Positions 22,401-23,968 of a stretch of 23,968 bases of DNA are shown here, piece after piece. The translations under genes were made by a program, and so were the position numbers. Under the pieces are notes generated by a model. The model was not told the DNA's origin and ran no database searches. It worked only from the letters and a program-made list of their open reading frames with translations. The DNA is from Vicugna vicugna (lineage: Eukaryota), in contig MU058650.1 of the NCBI GenBank assembly GCA_013265495.1, forward strand, positions 1,244,267 to 1,268,234, written 5' to 3'. How positions within the stretch are numbered: the first letter of the stretch is position 1; each line of letters opens with the position of its first letter.

Positions 22401-23477
22401 ATAAAATAGAAAAATAAAAATATTATTAGTTAATCTGATAAAGGTGATCTGTGAGTATGCTAGCAGCAGACATGCCTGTAATGATAGTTGGAAGCATTCC
22501 GCTTAAACTTGGGAATGAGAAAAGGTGTCTTTGCACATTTCATTCCCGTTTCTTCCAGGTTTAGAAATTTGTTACCATAGAATTGTAGGTAGTAGGCTTA
22601 TATTGTATGTGGTTAACATCTCATTTTTTATCCCTAATCCTACGTATTTTTCTTTAATATGGGTATTAAGGAGTTGATACATTTTATCAAACTTTTCACA
22701 TAATTGAGCTACAAAAATTACTTTGATATATCAGAACTTTTTGGATCCAACTATGCAATGCTTAAGTGCAAAGGACTTTATAGCCTTTGATGCATATATT
22801 AGACAAAAAAAAAGCTAGAAGTGAGTGGTTTAAGGGTTTTTTTTTCCAAGAAATGAAAAAAACAGCAAATTAAACTTGAAGAAAGTAGAAGGAAGGAAAG
22901 ACAAAAAGGAAAGACAAAGACAGAATTAATGAAATACAAAATAATTACGAATAGAGAAAAGAACAAAGGTAAAAATTAGTTTTTTGGAAAGAATAATATT
23001 ACGTTTTGTTCATTGTCATATTTATAATTTGCTTCCATATTAATGTCTTCTGATTTCTTTGATTTTATTTTGTTCTTTGTCTGGTTTCTTAGTTCTGTTA
23101 TTGAACCCTTAGTTTTTAAAGTCTTTTTAATATTGTTCTTTACAATGAAAGCATTCAAACTGTACATTTTTTTCCTTAGTACTGCTTTTATTGTCACCAT
23201 AGGTTTTTGTGCTATGAAGTGTTTTTCTTTTTTATTTCTTTCTTGATTGATAGTAATTTTTCTTTTTACTTTTTCTTTAATCCATGCATTATCTAGGAAC
23301 TTAAATTTCTAGATATTGAAGTTTTTATCATTTATATATTTGTGGATCATAACCAGAGAAATAGCCTATAAAATTAGATTTTAAAAATTTTGTATGTATG
23401 CACGTGCTCTTAGGAAAAAATTATCTTTTTGTGATTTGAAAGAATCTCTGCCTAATTAATCATAGCCATTAATTGTA
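22400..23477. mobile_element. Scrambled old L1M ORF2 fragments in both orientations
   Basis: + 22400-22550 RT piece (gaagcattccgcttaaacttgggaatgagaaaaggtgtc); - 22560-22710; + 22712-22998 (QNFLD...FIAFDAYIRQK); - 22999-23477 (KAVLRKKMYSLNAFI). Confidence 0.75.
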
Positions 23478-23968
23478 TTTTTCTTTTCTTTTTTTTATTG
23501 ATTTATAATCATTTTACAATGTTGTGTCAAATTCCAGTGTTCAGCACAATTTTTCAGTCATTCATGGACATATACACACTCATTGTCACATTTTTTCTCT
23601 GTGATTTATCATAACATTTTGTGTATATTTCCCTGTGCTATACAGTGTAATCTTGTTTATCTATTCTACAATTTTGAAATCCCAGTCTATCCCTTCCCAC
23701 CCTCTACCCCCCTGGTAACCACAAGTCTGTATTCTCTGTCCATGAGTCTATTTCTGTCCTGTATTTATGCTTTGTTTTTGTGTGTTTGTTTGTTTTTGTT
23801 TTTGTTTTTTAGATTCCACATATGAGCGATCTCATATGGTATTTTTCTTTCTCTTTCTGGCTTACTTCACCTAGAATGACATTCTCTAGGAGCATCCATG
23901 TTGCTGCAAATGGCATTATGTTGTCGGTTTTTATGGCTGAGTAGTATTCCATTGTATAAATATACCAC
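23478..23968 (-). mobile_element. Young lineage-specific L1, 3' end (continues beyond the window)
   Basis: Poly(T) at 23478-23496 adjacent to TTTATT (minus-strand AATAAA), ~310-bp 3'UTR with a G-rich tract on the minus strand, and an intact ORF2 C-terminus. Confidence 0.95.
23809..23967 (-). CDS. L1 ORF2p C-terminal 52 aa (partial)
   Basis: WYIYTMEYYSAIKTDNIMPFAATWMLLENVILGEVSQKEKEKYHMRSLICGI*, the canonical mammalian ORF2p end with no disruption. Confidence 0.92.
   Translation of the reverse strand, partial: WYIYTMEYYSAIKTDNIMPFAATWMLLENVILGEVSQKEKEKYHMRSLICGI

Overview
Mammalian genomic DNA, probably camelid (inferred from two tRNA-Ala-like SINEs resembling Vic-1 and a young L1 3' end). 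It reads as the start of a long intron of an unidentified + strand gene: a short, G-skewed CpG-island segment at 767-943, then ~23 kb dominated by transposable elements (L2, MIR, L1M/HAL1, MLT1, hAT, LTRs). No host protein-coding exon could be identified, and almost all listed ORFs are chance frames within repeats. The most structured object is a minus-strand ERVL-type provirus-like element (15153-19060). It has two MER21-family LTRs, a perfect tRNA-Leu(CAA) primer-binding site, a decayed gag-like start, and ~2.3 kb of internal sequence with no pol/env I can recognise but with poly(A) signals and splice sites. Also present: a 126-bp tandem duplication, an abrupt left edge of the CpG island, candidate micro-exons at 6.5-7.0 kb, an inverted pair of homologous L1 ORF2 pieces, and an intact L1 ORF2 C-terminus at the window end. 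Repeat family names come from recalled consensus motifs, not a database search. I found no evidence for a wholly new biological system.
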